Source: Perkinsela sp. CCAP 1560/9
Taxonomy: Eukaryota; Protista; Euglenozoa: Kinetoplastea
Assembly: GCA_965644495.1 (NCBI GenBank)
Contig: CBFFSA010000008.1
Coordinates: forward strand, 248,001 to 312,000
DNA length: 64,000 bases
Direction of reading: 5' to 3'
Shown: positions 31,018 to 42,043 of the stretch, one piece after another
Layout of the letters: each line of letters opens with the position of its first letter
Position numbering within the stretch: position 1 is the stretch's first letter
Program-made: the position numbers and the translations under genes
The notes under the pieces: model-generated
Databases searched by the model: none
What the model was told of the DNA's origin: nothing
Seen by the model: only the letters and a program-made list of their open reading frames with translations

Positions 31018-31411
31018 GCCTCGAATATTCCGTAAGGAGATTTTACTGTCTTGGGACGCACATCATTCCACTCATCACGGACAAATCGAAGGAAAACAAG
31101 GAAAGGATAACTACTTAAAATAACCGTATGTACTCGTGCCAGTTTGTTCAGAAAACTTAATAATGCTTGAGTATAATGTCCCCGTCCCAACTATTTATTA
31201 ATAGTGTATAGGAAAGTACAGTGCAAGCAAAATGAAGCGTCTAGATGCCTTCGCCTGTTCGTTTTCGACCGATTTTCATCGATATGTCACAAAGAACGAT
31301 AAGCAAGATGTAAAATTATATACATACCGTCGCATCAATGCGATTAGAATAATCAGCGCTAGCCATGCGCGACGTTACAGTAACGATTGTCTGCGTCAGA
31401 ATCAATAGATG

Positions 31412-33280
31412 CTAAAGAATAGCGCTCGGATACGTTTTTCCAAGTGCATCCTTGCCACTCGCATAATCAGTATCGATTGCCCATGGAATGTCCCTTGAGC
31501 TACCTGTACAGCTATTTTGATAGGGCAAAGGTGGCAGTTCGTACGGTAAGCACACACAAAAGTAGTGTGCTTTTTTGATTGTCTTATCCTCATGGCTTCG
31601 ACTTGAAAGAGGAGAATCTTCAGATGTACGTGTATTTGCATGCGTGCCGACGCTAGAATTTGAGAACGTGTAGTGATACGAACAGTTCAATATATCGAGA
31701 GACGACGCTGAACAGTGGTGGGAACATGATTTAGGTAATTGCAATGGAAATTGCGGCGTGCAGCTAAAACAATCCCAATGTGAAAGAGTATGTTCTAGCC
31801 TGTGCGGTGTAAAAAGGACACCGAGTTCGTATGATCGAATACACAGTTGTGATGCATTGAGTTGCTCTTGCCCCCACGCAGCTTTCGAAAGATTAGCGCT
31901 AGTGAGCAAAACATAGTGCAGACGCACCGTTGTGGTATCTATGCGGCCAACACCCTGTCCTGTATTGTCTTTTGCAGAATGACTTAGGTTTTCGTACACA
32001 CAATAGGACTTTATATGCGGCATTGCTCTACATCGAATTTTATACGGACATACTGTATGCATGCCGGCGCATTGCCTTTCATCTTTGCTTCTTTTCGTTG
32101 TTCCATCGGATAAACCGGAATCAGACCACCTGGACATCATGGAAGACATGAATAATTTGTGATTTTTTTGTGGCACTGGAAGAGATCCACCCGCACGCCA
32201 TCCCTCGATGGAGTTCGCAACTTCCTTTACCGTTGGAAAGATAAGTTTCATGTGACTGAGGGAGGGAGAAATTCCAAATTTCTGTCCAAAATTCATCAAC
32301 CATTTTTCATCCATGGAGCCTAAACTTGAAAATTGGCATGATAAAGTGCGCGGCGGAGCTTTTGCGCCAGTGTCAAATTTCAAAGATTTTTCGTCTTGTT
32401 GCAAAATATGTTTCAAGCGCCATTGTCCCCATTCGCCCAGGGGTTCCGTATTCTGTCGCGTAATAGATCCTTTCGCAGACTCTGTTACTGCTACGGATAC
32501 CTTTCTTCGGTGATGCTTATGATAACCAGGAACTGAAGCAATTATATCTGCAGTTGCAAAGCGAAAGTCGTGTGCCATAATTCGACTTACGTTCCACCCG
32601 CCAATAAAAGAAAAGTATTCGTAAAGATCATGACCAAAGTCTCGCAGATTGTTAACGTCACAGGAGCCCTTATAGGCCTCTGTGAGCTTTGGAAAATCTT
32701 GCACCCAAATGCCTTGAGATTTTCCGTCCCAGTCGCTGCTCACGTAGTTAGCTGTATGTATGCAAACTCTCATTCCGCGCTGATTGAAGCATAAAACACT
32801 TTTCGTGTGATGCGTGCCATATGAAATAGGCAATGACGGAGCAACAATACGCACGTTTTCATATTTTGTCGCAGATTTCGGCAAGACAATGCAATGCGTC
32901 TCAATTCCTCTGTTCCCTGATAGAGAATCTCGAGATGTCGTACATCGCTTTCTAGCCTCGGAATAACAATCTCCCGTAATTACAACTATTTCCGGGACAC
33001 AGGAGAAACAAGGATCACTGACTGTTTCCAGCCAATCTAAGTCTGTCATGTAGTTACTGAAAACTATAAGACCCCAATCAGGTAAGCCGGGTTTGTTGCA
33101 ACCCAAAATATCACGCAAGTGCAGCGTGTCTTCATTGGGATCACATAATACATCAGATTTTCTGATGTTGGAAGCATTCACATCTACAGTTTTTGTTCGC
33201 TTCTCTCCGTAAAGATGTTCGAAGGACTCAATGAAATTGTACCATAATGGAATGGGGCGACATTCAGAGTGATGGTTCAT
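31412..33280 (-). CDS. TDP1: Tyrosyl-DNA phosphodiesterase 1
   Basis: YGTHHTK, HTAN, QGIWVQDFP, IASVPG, QFSSLG, PHIKSY, TSANLSKAAWG, IRSYELGVL. Confidence 0.96.
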   Translation of the reverse strand: MNHHSECRPIPLWYNFIESFEHLYGEKRTKTVDVNASNIRKSDVLCDPNEDTLHLRDILGCNKPGLPDWGLIVFSNYMTDLDWLETVSDPCFSCVPEIVVITGDCYSEARKRCTTSRDSLSGNRGIETHCIVLPKSATKYENVRIVAPSLPISYGTHHTKSVLCFNQRGMRVCIHTANYVSSDWDGKSQGIWVQDFPKLTEAYKGSCDVNNLRDFGHDLYEYFSFIGGWNVSRIMAHDFRFATADIIASVPGYHKHHRRKVSVAVTESAKGSITRQNTEPLGEWGQWRLKHILQQDEKSLKFDTGAKAPPRTLSCQFSSLGSMDEKWLMNFGQKFGISPSLSHMKLIFPTVKEVANSIEGWRAGGSLPVPQKNHKLFMSSMMSRWSDSGLSDGTTKRSKDERQCAGMHTVCPYKIRCRAMPHIKSYCVYENLSHSAKDNTGQGVGRIDTTTVRLHYVLLTSANLSKAAWGQEQLNASQLCIRSYELGVLFTPHRLEHTLSHWDCFSCTPQFPLQLPKSCSHHCSASSLDILNCSYHYTFSNSSVGTHANTRTSEDSPLSSRSHEDKTIKKAHYFCVCLPYELPPLPYQNSCTGSSRDIPWAIDTDYASGKDALGKTYPSAIL

Positions 33281-33313
33281 GCACCAATACAAGTTAATAA
33301 CGAAATGCTGTTT

Positions 33314-34258
33314 TTAAAAGGAAAAATATATATAACTTATTCGTCGCATTGATTTCTTGTCTCTTATTACATCTGAAATCAATTTTGTAGCCGCGAATTG
33401 TACAGGATGCGTGTATCCGCTTACCATAAAAATCAAGGCATCGGCACGACGTGCTAAAAAAAAGTATGCTATTGCAAGGGTGAAAAGTATGTAACCAATC
33501 ACTAACCACACCTTACGTGGCAATCCAAAGTAAAAGACATCCAACTGTGCGGTGTATCGAGTAATATAATAATCGGAAGAATTTCCTGGACCGAATCCTG
33601 CCCAAGGAGGGTCTAAATAACCAGCACGTAGCACTTGCGGAAAAAGAGGGACAGCGCCAATGCCGGAAAGAATGATCCCAATAAAGAGAACGGGTGTGCC
33701 TTGAAAACCGTTCAAATCCTGGAGATGAACTTCGCAGTGCTTCATTAAAGAAGAAGTGCCGTTGCTTCCTTGGCAAACATCTTCAAAAATTGCGTCACCA
33801 TAAAGCGCAGTTCCGTAAACAACGTCAAGAACCGCGGGATTGGAAGCACGATAGGAGAGTACAAGTTGTAGGGTCATCTCTTCACTGGCTTGCGGTACTG
33901 CATACCAGCGCTCGTTCGGGAATGGTAGCGCTAGTAACCTACATGTATTTTCCATGTTCCCCCGACCTGCATCCTTGGTCCATAGTCGGCCTTCATTCAA
34001 AGAATTCCGGTCTATGGCCACCTCTTGACTCCACACGGGAGCGTCCAGTGAGAGAATCGTAAGTGGTCGGGAAAGGGCGCGCTGCAGTTGTTCACGTGAC
34101 AAGGGTTGATAAGGTGACGTGATCCAGTGTTGGTGAACATCCGAGCGAACAAAAGGAAAAAGCTGCAGAAAAAATACAAGAAAGAACCCTGTTCTCAGTT
34201 GTGTTAGGAATGGGGTACCAAGGTAGAGTTCAGAGCGGTTCATTTTGGTCAACAGCAT
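33314..34258 (-). CDS. Hypothetical membrane protein
   Basis: 314-aa ORF with N-terminal and C-terminal hydrophobic segments. Confidence 0.6.
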   Translation of the reverse strand: MLLTKMNRSELYLGTPFLTQLRTGFFLVFFLQLFPFVRSDVHQHWITSPYQPLSREQLQRALSRPLTILSLDAPVWSQEVAIDRNSLNEGRLWTKDAGRGNMENTCRLLALPFPNERWYAVPQASEEMTLQLVLSYRASNPAVLDVVYGTALYGDAIFEDVCQGSNGTSSLMKHCEVHLQDLNGFQGTPVLFIGIILSGIGAVPLFPQVLRAGYLDPPWAGFGPGNSSDYYITRYTAQLDVFYFGLPRKVWLVIGYILFTLAIAYFFLARRADALIFMVSGYTHPVQFAATKLISDVIRDKKSMRRISYIYFSF

Positions 34259-34633
34259 AAATAAGTTGCACAGACATGCATGTATAGTGATAGAAAATAA
34301 GCATTCATGTATTAAGCAAAAAATAGTAGCGACGCATCCATGAGGGTATGGGTGAGATTAAAATCTACATGTAATTTAATTGTACTGTGAACGTCACTTG
34401 TATCGTTTGCGAAGACATTGTTTAATTAAAAGGAACCTATTGAAAACGTGTCTAAAGTATTTTTCCGGCGTCTCATATATCGTAACGTACTACATTTCGC
34501 TATTCAAAATATGTACAAGGAACCCTGCCCAAAATTGTAAGCTTTCATTGCATAATGTTTTCAATTCACATCGAAAACAAGTCAACCAAATAAACAAGCA
34601 ATTCAAAAAATATCGATTTTTTTTCATAATTGT

Positions 34634-35215
34634 CTAAACAAAACCTTTCGTGGGCTCCTTTGAAAAATCATTCATATCTGAATCAAATTCCCGATTCTCT
34701 TCATCAAAATCACTTTCAGCAACATCCTCCTCACCCACTTCATCTTCCTCCACGTCTCCCCTCTCCCCTCCCTCTTCCGCGTTCCGTATCTCCTCCATCC
34801 GTTTCGACAAACTCTCCACGCCCCCTTTGTTTACGAAACCACGAAGCCCCGCGAGGGCACCCGCCCCGACCATCCCCAACGGCCCCCCTGCCACAAACCC
34901 CGCCGCGGCCCCTTTCACCGCCTCATTCGCGGCATGGTGCGCGCTCTTATCTGTGAGCACCGCGTGGCCGAACCGTTTGAGATGTTTCACTACCCCCTCC
35001 ATGGGATCCTCCAAGGCGGAGGAGCTCTCCTCATCCTCATCGTCCTCCTCCTCATGCTCTTCCTCATCGTCCCACACGTTACCGGCAGAGGACTTGGATT
35101 TCGTGGCTGAATACTTTTCTAGGCTTTGGACTTCTCTTGGATTGCGTTCTGTGCGAGCGGTGACACCCAGGAGAACGATGAAGAGGAAGAGAAGGAGTGT
35201 GAGCGAATGTCGCAT
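34634..35215 (-). CDS. Hypothetical secreted/membrane protein with acidic tracts
   Basis: Signal-like MRHSLTLLLFLFIVLLGVTA, two D/E tracts flanking a glycine-zipper-like GAAAGFVAGGPLGMVGAGALAG. The start could be at 35326. Confidence 0.6.
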   Translation of the reverse strand: MRHSLTLLLFLFIVLLGVTARTERNPREVQSLEKYSATKSKSSAGNVWDDEEEHEEEDDEDEESSSALEDPMEGVVKHLKRFGHAVLTDKSAHHAANEAVKGAAAGFVAGGPLGMVGAGALAGLRGFVNKGGVESLSKRMEEIRNAEEGGERGDVEEDEVGEEDVAESDFDEENREFDSDMNDFSKEPTKGFV

Positions 35216-35635
35216 GAGATCGGACGGGGGGTACCGGTAGGGAAGGGTGGTGTTGCGAAGCAGAAGGGAGGGTAGAAAGTAGAAAATAGGAAAAAAAAGA
35301 GCGGCTAGGGTAGAAATAAGAGTCATCGAGTAGGTATACAACGGAACACGAAAAGTAAACGAGAGGTTGAAGGAAAACAGGATAAAATAACGTGGCGTGC
35401 TTTGTAATGTTGACGTGTTGGATAAAAAAGGTTGAATATGCGCGTGACTATGAGATATACACTTAACACAGTAAATTCTCATTAGATAACAATCCTTTAC
35501 ATATAGAAATTACATGAGAAGTTCACATACGTATGATAAATGCTCTTGACATTATTTTACAGTGGAAGGAATCTTTTTTGCAAGACAAAAATCTTCTCAG
35601 AATACTAAGTATCGAGCAAGTAATACTTGCTCGAG

Positions 35636-36277
35636 CTAAGCTGAATCGATGGAGAAAATATTTAGTACAGTATCAGGTATTTTAATCCCTTTGTTGCGCA
35701 ATAATTTAGGAGCAATATCGGCGAGAAACCAGTATACATGACCGATGATAATACCGAGAAATTCATCTCGAATCGGTTGATTCATCACTAGTGATAGTAG
35801 CAAGAACACGTAAGGGATGTATGGCGCCGCTACAGGAAATAGTCCCAACACGTGAAGCTGTTCGTATGGATGACGTCGACACCAGACATACAGAACATAC
35901 AATAACATTGGAGAGCTGAGAAAGAAAATGTTGAGAAAATATGCTGCGGTGAGCATTAAGATGGCCCCGAAAAGCAGCATGCAAATGAAACCAACAGTCC
36001 GATTTCGATAGTAGTGTTCCTCTAAGCGACAAAAATACATGTACAAGAAGTGCATGTGAAAAAAGAAGTTTAGTCCGAACCCTTCGAAGAATGTAAAGGT
36101 AGTTACCAAGCGCCAATACTCGTTTCGCGCAAAAACCTGTGCAAAATTTAAGTACAGCGAAAGTGGAGTAACAAAACGAAATGTAATCGCTGCGGCAGTG
36201 AGGCAACATGCTGTTACGTAAGTTCGAGTCACGACGGGCATATCGTAGTACCATGTATCCAACTGCACGTCGGCCAT
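35636..36277 (-). CDS. Derlin (Der1-like ERAD protein)
   Basis: MPVVTRTY, EYWRLVTTF, LEE, YVW, APYIPY, GIIIGHVYWFL. Confidence 0.93.
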   Translation of the reverse strand: MADVQLDTWYYDMPVVTRTYVTACCLTAAAITFRFVTPLSLYLNFAQVFARNEYWRLVTTFTFFEGFGLNFFFHMHFLYMYFCRLEEHYYRNRTVGFICMLLFGAILMLTAAYFLNIFFLSSPMLLYVLYVWCRRHPYEQLHVLGLFPVAAPYIPYVFLLLSLVMNQPIRDEFLGIIIGHVYWFLADIAPKLLRNKGIKIPDTVLNIFSIDSA

Positions 36278-36416
36278 GTAGATATAGAATAATAAAGGAG
36301 AAGAGTGTGAATATTTCGAACACATGTGAGTACTTTTTAGTGAAGTTAAATAAGCGCCTTGTGCTAAATGATGACTTTCTTTTCTCAACATCGCTGACGG
36401 ATTCATAAAACCAAAA

Positions 36417-37589
36417 TCAAGCATCCGCCAGCGGAGAATGATTCTGCTTTCCAAGATTGACGCTGATTTCCTCAGAATAAATATGCCACAGGGAATTTAA
36501 ACTTACAACTAATCGGCATACTCTTGTAGTAAAGTCCTTGGACTGCAGAGAAGAGTAAAAACACCACAAGACACGTTCGCACAAGAACTCGCATAATACT
36601 TCTTGCTCGTGACTAACGTCTCTTGATTGTTCCAGAAAGTGACAGGCATTGATTACCTGTAACGCACGCTCTTGATTCATCAGTTCAGGGCATATAGAAC
36701 GGAGGTTATCACGCTCCACATCGAAATCGGTATTTAAGAGTTGCAGAATATTATTCCTCTCGGAAGCAAACATCTGCGCCGCAGCAGACTTTATAGGAGA
36801 GTATTGAGTTATACAGTAGGAACAGAGTACGCTAGACGGAAGTGTCACAATCAACATGCCCAGCAGGATAAAAACAATTCCCAGTGCCTGCCCTGCTGCG
36901 GTACGGGGAACAAGGTCTCCATAACCCACCGTACAGAGAGTGGAGACAACCCAATAAACCCCGTCAAAGATAGACTGGTACGGCGTAGAGAAAGATTCTC
37001 CCACGACGTTCGTACCATTCCAGGAAGATGAAAACGAGTCAAAACGGGATGTGAGATTCTCAACATAGAACGTGAGTACACCCCCAACGAATCCCGCCAT
37101 CAGGAGAGCAGCCAGGCCTACCAGCAGTACGGGACCCGACAAATTCAAAATCCGCACCAATGCTTCATACTGTGAATGCAGTGCAGTAAGACGTAGTAAT
37201 CGCAGTAGACGCAGACTCGACAGAATACGAAGGCCAGGACTGTGCTGAAAGTCGGCGCTGTGCGTTATGAAACAGCAAAGAATTTCATAGAGAAAAGGCA
37301 GAAGACATAGAAATCGACAGAGAAATGCCTTAACATTGAACGGCGTTTGTTTCTTAAAATTCGGAAAAACGAGTTCCAGTAGAAAAGCAATTTCCGTGAA
37401 CCATAGGATGTACAGTGTGGGGCATATTCTGCTGTTGTCAAGCACACAGGCATATATTGCAGGATCTGTCTCAGCAAGGCTCACGGTACAGTTTATTAAG
37501 ATGAGAGCGGCATTTACATAGATTCCAAAATGCAATGGATTAGGACTTCCTTCGGAGTCTCCTCTTCCGTGTTGAGAATTATTGGACAT
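36417..37589 (-). CDS. Voltage-gated-type potassium channel subunit
   Basis: S4-like LRILSSLRLLRLLRL and pore motif YWVVSTLCTVGYGDLVP. Confidence 0.92.
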   Translation of the reverse strand: MSNNSQHGRGDSEGSPNPLHFGIYVNAALILINCTVSLAETDPAIYACVLDNSRICPTLYILWFTEIAFLLELVFPNFKKQTPFNVKAFLCRFLCLLPFLYEILCCFITHSADFQHSPGLRILSSLRLLRLLRLTALHSQYEALVRILNLSGPVLLVGLAALLMAGFVGGVLTFYVENLTSRFDSFSSSWNGTNVVGESFSTPYQSIFDGVYWVVSTLCTVGYGDLVPRTAAGQALGIVFILLGMLIVTLPSSVLCSYCITQYSPIKSAAAQMFASERNNILQLLNTDFDVERDNLRSICPELMNQERALQVINACHFLEQSRDVSHEQEVLCEFLCERVLWCFYSSLQSKDFTTRVCRLVVSLNSLWHIYSEEISVNLGKQNHSPLADA

Positions 37590-37982
37590 AATTGCTAAGC
37601 ATGAAATTATATTCAGACCGATGCATGTATCTGGACCCTGTCGAGCTCAAGGTAAACTCAGGAACATTGAATACTAAAATCACATGATGCAAATATAAAT
37701 ATATTAATACGACAAACATCTAAGTTTGCGTGACCGAAGTGCTGACAAGCGAACCAATGCAGCACTAGTAAAAGGAAGTAGACCCAAGAGAGGGTAAATA
37801 GTCCCAATATCGCACATACAATACTAAATGTAGCGCCAATAACAATATTTTTTTTGGAGCATCTGTATGATGCATGTGGTCTATAGCTACATTCGTCTAT
37901 AGGTAGTATCAGATTCTTTAAATCAAATTGGCTGCATACTTACGGGGTAATGACCTATTCGTGAAGCAAATGATTTACAAAC

Positions 37983-39542
37983 TTAACACGGAGCTACCCT
38001 TCCCTCGGGAAGAATCTGAAATCTTTTTGCTGCAATGCTTTTGCGACCAGACTTTTGTGTGCGTTTGGAGATCTCCTTAGTCATAGAGCACATCATATTT
38101 AACCGCTCAGTGTACGATTGTACCAAGGAAATTTGTTGAGCATATTCTCCAAGAACAACGCGAAGCGGTGATAAAGAGCTGTACATCTGGGGCAGCTTCT
38201 TTATTGTTGCACCGTGGTATCGAAGAATATGACGAATCCATATCAATAGCCGAGTAATCGCATCCGGGGACACATCCGCGCGCAGAAACTCCATAGCACA
38301 CTCGCGTAAGAATACAGAGGCATGAATAGAGGCAATGCTTCTCACAGTATCCTCAATTTGCGAGCTGTCAAAGTCGTACACAATTTTGCGCAACGTTGTG
38401 GTATCGGCGGCGCGTAAGGCATGTGTGATTAGCAGTGTTATGGACGTTGTGTGTAGGCTTGAGGAATCTGTATTCACCAAAGCTTGAGTCAAATCTAATC
38501 CGTACTTGTTCGGTTTCGGTATTCCGGAAGATAAAGTTTCTGTCGATTGCTGTATAAAGCGAATTTCTTTGCCAGGCATGTTTGCTATTGCATTAGAGAG
38601 CTCGTGGTCTTTGTCGCACCTTTTACAGGAATCGATAAAATGAAAAGATGGCGTAGCTTTGTCAATAGTTACTAGAAACACTTTTCCTTCGTCGATCCAT
38701 GTCGCACGTGTGATATTCGTCAGATTCGGAATTCGCATATAAGGGGTAAGTTCTACTGAATTAACAAGTTCCCAGATGTTCGCACTCCCATCAACGTGCA
38801 CGGAAAGAATGCGATTAGTGAAAACTTGTACGTCTTTAACAACACTCTCTGCAGCGATAGCTGACCTGCACGCTGCCCCTGAATCGTTTCCTTCGGGTCC
38901 TTGCATTACGTTCCACAACATAAGAGTAGGAATTCGGGAATCACAAGTGAGCAAATTTCCATCTTTTAAAAACGTCATAGCACTCGGGGCGGCCGTGTGT
39001 CCCGCGAAGGACTGTTGCTGCTTAAGAGTAACAAAACCATCCTCGGGTGTGGGTTCCCATAGGGTAACAGTTTGTGATGTGCTGATAGCCAGTTGACTTC
39101 CTGCTTCACTGCAACATAGTTTTTCCATTTCTTGCCGGTCTGGAGTTCGAAGTAGAAAGGACAAAGTCATGTGCTGGACATCTAATGAATATACAGCATG
39201 GGCGCAGAGACATACGCAGCGCGCTGATTTACCTATTGGTGCTATGGCGCGTATTTGTTGCGAAGAATTCGCATGCTTTGCTCTAAGTTGTGTTTGTAGA
39301 GTTCCTCGAAGTTCCTGTTGCTTTACATTCCATACCCGTAGTTCCCCAATATTAGTACCGAACGAAAGAAAAGCATCGTTTACCCAACAAAGTGCAGTAA
39401 TTACGCTCTTTTCTTTTGAGGATCGATTCGATTTTTCGCACTTTACGATATCGCATCCTGTATTTTGTGGTGACCAAAGTTCAATCTCTGTGCCGCGAGA
39501 ACGACAAAGGGCCAAATGTGTGGTGGATAATTCGGATAGCAT
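37983..39542 (-). CDS. WD40 protein, WDR43/Utp5-like (C-terminal Utp12-like domain)
   Basis: WD repeats (ITALCW, GELRVWN, FAGH); C-terminal LITHALRAAD...IEDTV...LLIWIRHILRYHG. Confidence 0.75.
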   Translation of the reverse strand: MLSELSTTHLALCRSRGTEIELWSPQNTGCDIVKCEKSNRSSKEKSVITALCWVNDAFLSFGTNIGELRVWNVKQQELRGTLQTQLRAKHANSSQQIRAIAPIGKSARCVCLCAHAVYSLDVQHMTLSFLLRTPDRQEMEKLCCSEAGSQLAISTSQTVTLWEPTPEDGFVTLKQQQSFAGHTAAPSAMTFLKDGNLLTCDSRIPTLMLWNVMQGPEGNDSGAACRSAIAAESVVKDVQVFTNRILSVHVDGSANIWELVNSVELTPYMRIPNLTNITRATWIDEGKVFLVTIDKATPSFHFIDSCKRCDKDHELSNAIANMPGKEIRFIQQSTETLSSGIPKPNKYGLDLTQALVNTDSSSLHTTSITLLITHALRAADTTTLRKIVYDFDSSQIEDTVRSIASIHASVFLRECAMEFLRADVSPDAITRLLIWIRHILRYHGATIKKLPQMYSSLSPLRVVLGEYAQQISLVQSYTERLNMMCSMTKEISKRTQKSGRKSIAAKRFQILPEGRVAPC

Positions 39543-39716
39543 CTCAGAAATAAGACACTAGAAAAAGGGTACAAGGAAAAGTAATAAATGGCACACGTTT
39601 TTATATCAGTTTCCCAATGTTTCATACACTTATTTCGTGAAAGTATTACAAAAATCGAAGAAATATAATTGGGCATCAACCATGAATTAGGTCAGATATA
39701 CACAAGATATATCAAT

Positions 39717-41270
39717 TCAATAAATTTGAGTAGTAGTTGTTGTAAAGTTTCCATCAGTTGACACCGTTCCCTCACGACTTGTAAACACCCAACCACGTTC
39801 ATCGACAAGTTCCGTCATGAGCCCCGCGTGATTGTAGAAGAAAGAGGTGATATGGGGTCCTCGAAGTCTTAGGTTTCCCCTGGTATTGCGAACAAGAATC
39901 TTGGCATCGACAGTGCCTCTATCGCCCACTACTTTAATCTGAGCATGTGACACGAGTGAACAACTCCTTGCAAGGCTTCGCCATGACAGTAGACCACAAC
40001 TTTCTGTTGTTCCACGAAATACGTAAATCTCAGAGGCACCGAATGCTACTTTTGCGTTTGAAAGAGTCTGAACATCTGTGTATGGCTCAGATGCAGATTC
40101 CATGATTGCCACCCAGTCTACGTTCCTTTCACCCGTATCAAGTTTTTCGACGTATGTTTTCAATATATTCAAATCACAAAGTCGCATCAAAACACCATTA
40201 ATCCTCTTTTCCTTCAGAGACTCCATCCATCTTTTCCACTGCTCCGCGTTACTTGGAAGATGTGTATCGGAGTACACCAGCGTTGCTCCAGAGCATAAAC
40301 TGGCAAAGTGGGCTAAGATTGGTCCAATGTGATCTGTTTCTCTGGATGGAAAAATTGTGAAACGTTTCCCATGGGTTAAATTCACTATGCTCGAGAAACA
40401 TTGCCCGGAATTCATGCAGTTTCGATGAGTGTATACCACACAAACTTTATCCTCCAATGCGGGGTTGGGATCATTCAAAATCAAAATAGGATCATCAGGG
40501 TGAGACAGCAAACTGTGCCTTCTCAATCTATGTTCTCTGTATGAGAATGGTCCCCAGAGTGGTAGCGGTGTCGTGGAATTGGACGCCGAAGGAATTGTTT
40601 TTGCATCATTTAGGGTATCTATAAAGATGCATTGCTGTAAATATGGAAATTCTCTCGATTGAATCCACTGCATAGTTTGTCCCGGATAGGAATAGCCCAG
40701 CTCTGGTAAGACTTCGTACAAAATATCACGAAAAGATATGGATCGGTAGGTTGTTTCCTTGCCCTTATTCTCCGAAATTGAGTACGTTTCACACGCAACA
40801 AGGAATCGGGGCTGAAACTGGTTGAGGGCCAAACGTATTTTATCCGCTGTGACCCATCGTTCAGGAAGTAGCGCAAGAATGGCTCCGACCTTTGAAACTG
40901 CCAATTGCAATAAAAACATTTCACTTCGCATTGGAAGAAAGGCAACAACCAAATCTGCTGGACGCATTCCTTGTGAAATAAGTCCTTCGGCAAACGCATC
41001 AGAAAACATTTGCACCTCCTCGTACGTTAATTGGTTTTGGCAGCTCTGGGAAGGCATCTCCAGTGCAACATCTGCGTGACGCTGTCTTCGTAACAAGCGG
41101 GTGTAGTGACTTATAACCTGATCATTAATGTTGATATCTTGCGGACCAGCGAGTTCGCTATATACAGGGTTTAGTCTTGAATTTCCCATACACAAGGAAG
41201 TTTTCCCCCCACGGGGCTGTTGCAGCCTTGACCGAGAAGAAAAAAGAAGCAGTCTTCGAACCGCTCTCAT
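39717..41270 (-). CDS. Acyl-CoA synthetase/AMP-binding-fold protein, probably non-catalytic and mitochondrial
   Basis: LTYEEV..FSDAFAEGLISQGMRPAD, VYTHRN, GTTE, GNLRLRGP, VDERGW; presequence-like MRAVRRLLLFSSRSR. Confidence 0.75.
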   Translation of the reverse strand: MRAVRRLLLFSSRSRLQQPRGGKTSLCMGNSRLNPVYSELAGPQDININDQVISHYTRLLRRQRHADVALEMPSQSCQNQLTYEEVQMFSDAFAEGLISQGMRPADLVVAFLPMRSEMFLLQLAVSKVGAILALLPERWVTADKIRLALNQFQPRFLVACETYSISENKGKETTYRSISFRDILYEVLPELGYSYPGQTMQWIQSREFPYLQQCIFIDTLNDAKTIPSASNSTTPLPLWGPFSYREHRLRRHSLLSHPDDPILILNDPNPALEDKVCVVYTHRNCMNSGQCFSSIVNLTHGKRFTIFPSRETDHIGPILAHFASLCSGATLVYSDTHLPSNAEQWKRWMESLKEKRINGVLMRLCDLNILKTYVEKLDTGERNVDWVAIMESASEPYTDVQTLSNAKVAFGASEIYVFRGTTESCGLLSWRSLARSCSLVSHAQIKVVGDRGTVDAKILVRNTRGNLRLRGPHITSFFYNHAGLMTELVDERGWVFTSREGTVSTDGNFTTTTTQIY

Positions 41271-41349
41271 GTGCGCAAATTGTACAATTTTTATGCCATG
41301 TACTTCGAAACCAAGAAGGGGGTTAATTGTTCTACAAATACAAATAGTA

Positions 41350-41687
41350 CCGTATACCCCCCCCAGTAAGGTACCCCCCCAAGAGAGATTTGGCCCTTTT
41401 TGGGCTGACCCCCCAGTAAGAGAGATTTGGCTCGGGAGCCCCACAGGAGGCGTATAGGGGGTAGAGGGTAGGGGGTGGGTGTCTGCATGTTGGGGGACTC
41501 GGGGGTAACCCAAAGAAGCGTTTTAAGTTAATACGTGTTAAATTAACACGTTTTCACAAGAAAAAATAGAAAAAATAGTCAAAAAAGTTGGGAGAAAAGA
41601 GGAAACTGGCGAAAAAAGCATACCCCCCCAGTAAGAGAGATTTGGCCATTTCGATCCAAAACCCATTCTCTTACTGGGGGTATACGG
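41350..41687. mobile_element. TA-flanked MITE (338 bp) with CCGTATA... TIRs
   Basis: TA|ccgtatacccccccc-agtaag ... cttactgggggtatacgg|TA; three internal copies of ccccc(agt)aagagagatttggc. Confidence 0.85.
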
Positions 41688-42043
41688 TATTAGCTACGTA
41701 AAAGTTTTCAAGGTAGTCAAACGAAGGTCCTATGCCGGATATGCACAAAACGACTAACCCGATTAAAAACTGCACATATACAACGAAAAAGTAATAGTAA
41801 GATCATCATACGCATGTCTTACAGGGGCATCCCGATTTTATACTGTATGTATCGCACCTTCAGATGCACATTGTATTCCTATGGAGAACATAGGGAAGTA
41901 TTCTACTTTTCAGCTAAGAGTCCTACAAATCGTCTCGTAATTGCCAGCGCGTGACAAAGTAATCAATAGTTCCGGTACCATGTACTCTTTAAAAATATAT
42001 ATACAGATATACGCAGTTGAAAACGAAGAATAATGTTTGACTG

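Noticed and set aside
41271-41513. N-terminal extension of the 598-aa ORF
   Set aside because: Begins at a non-ATG codon inside the MITE; the plausible start is the ATG at 41270.
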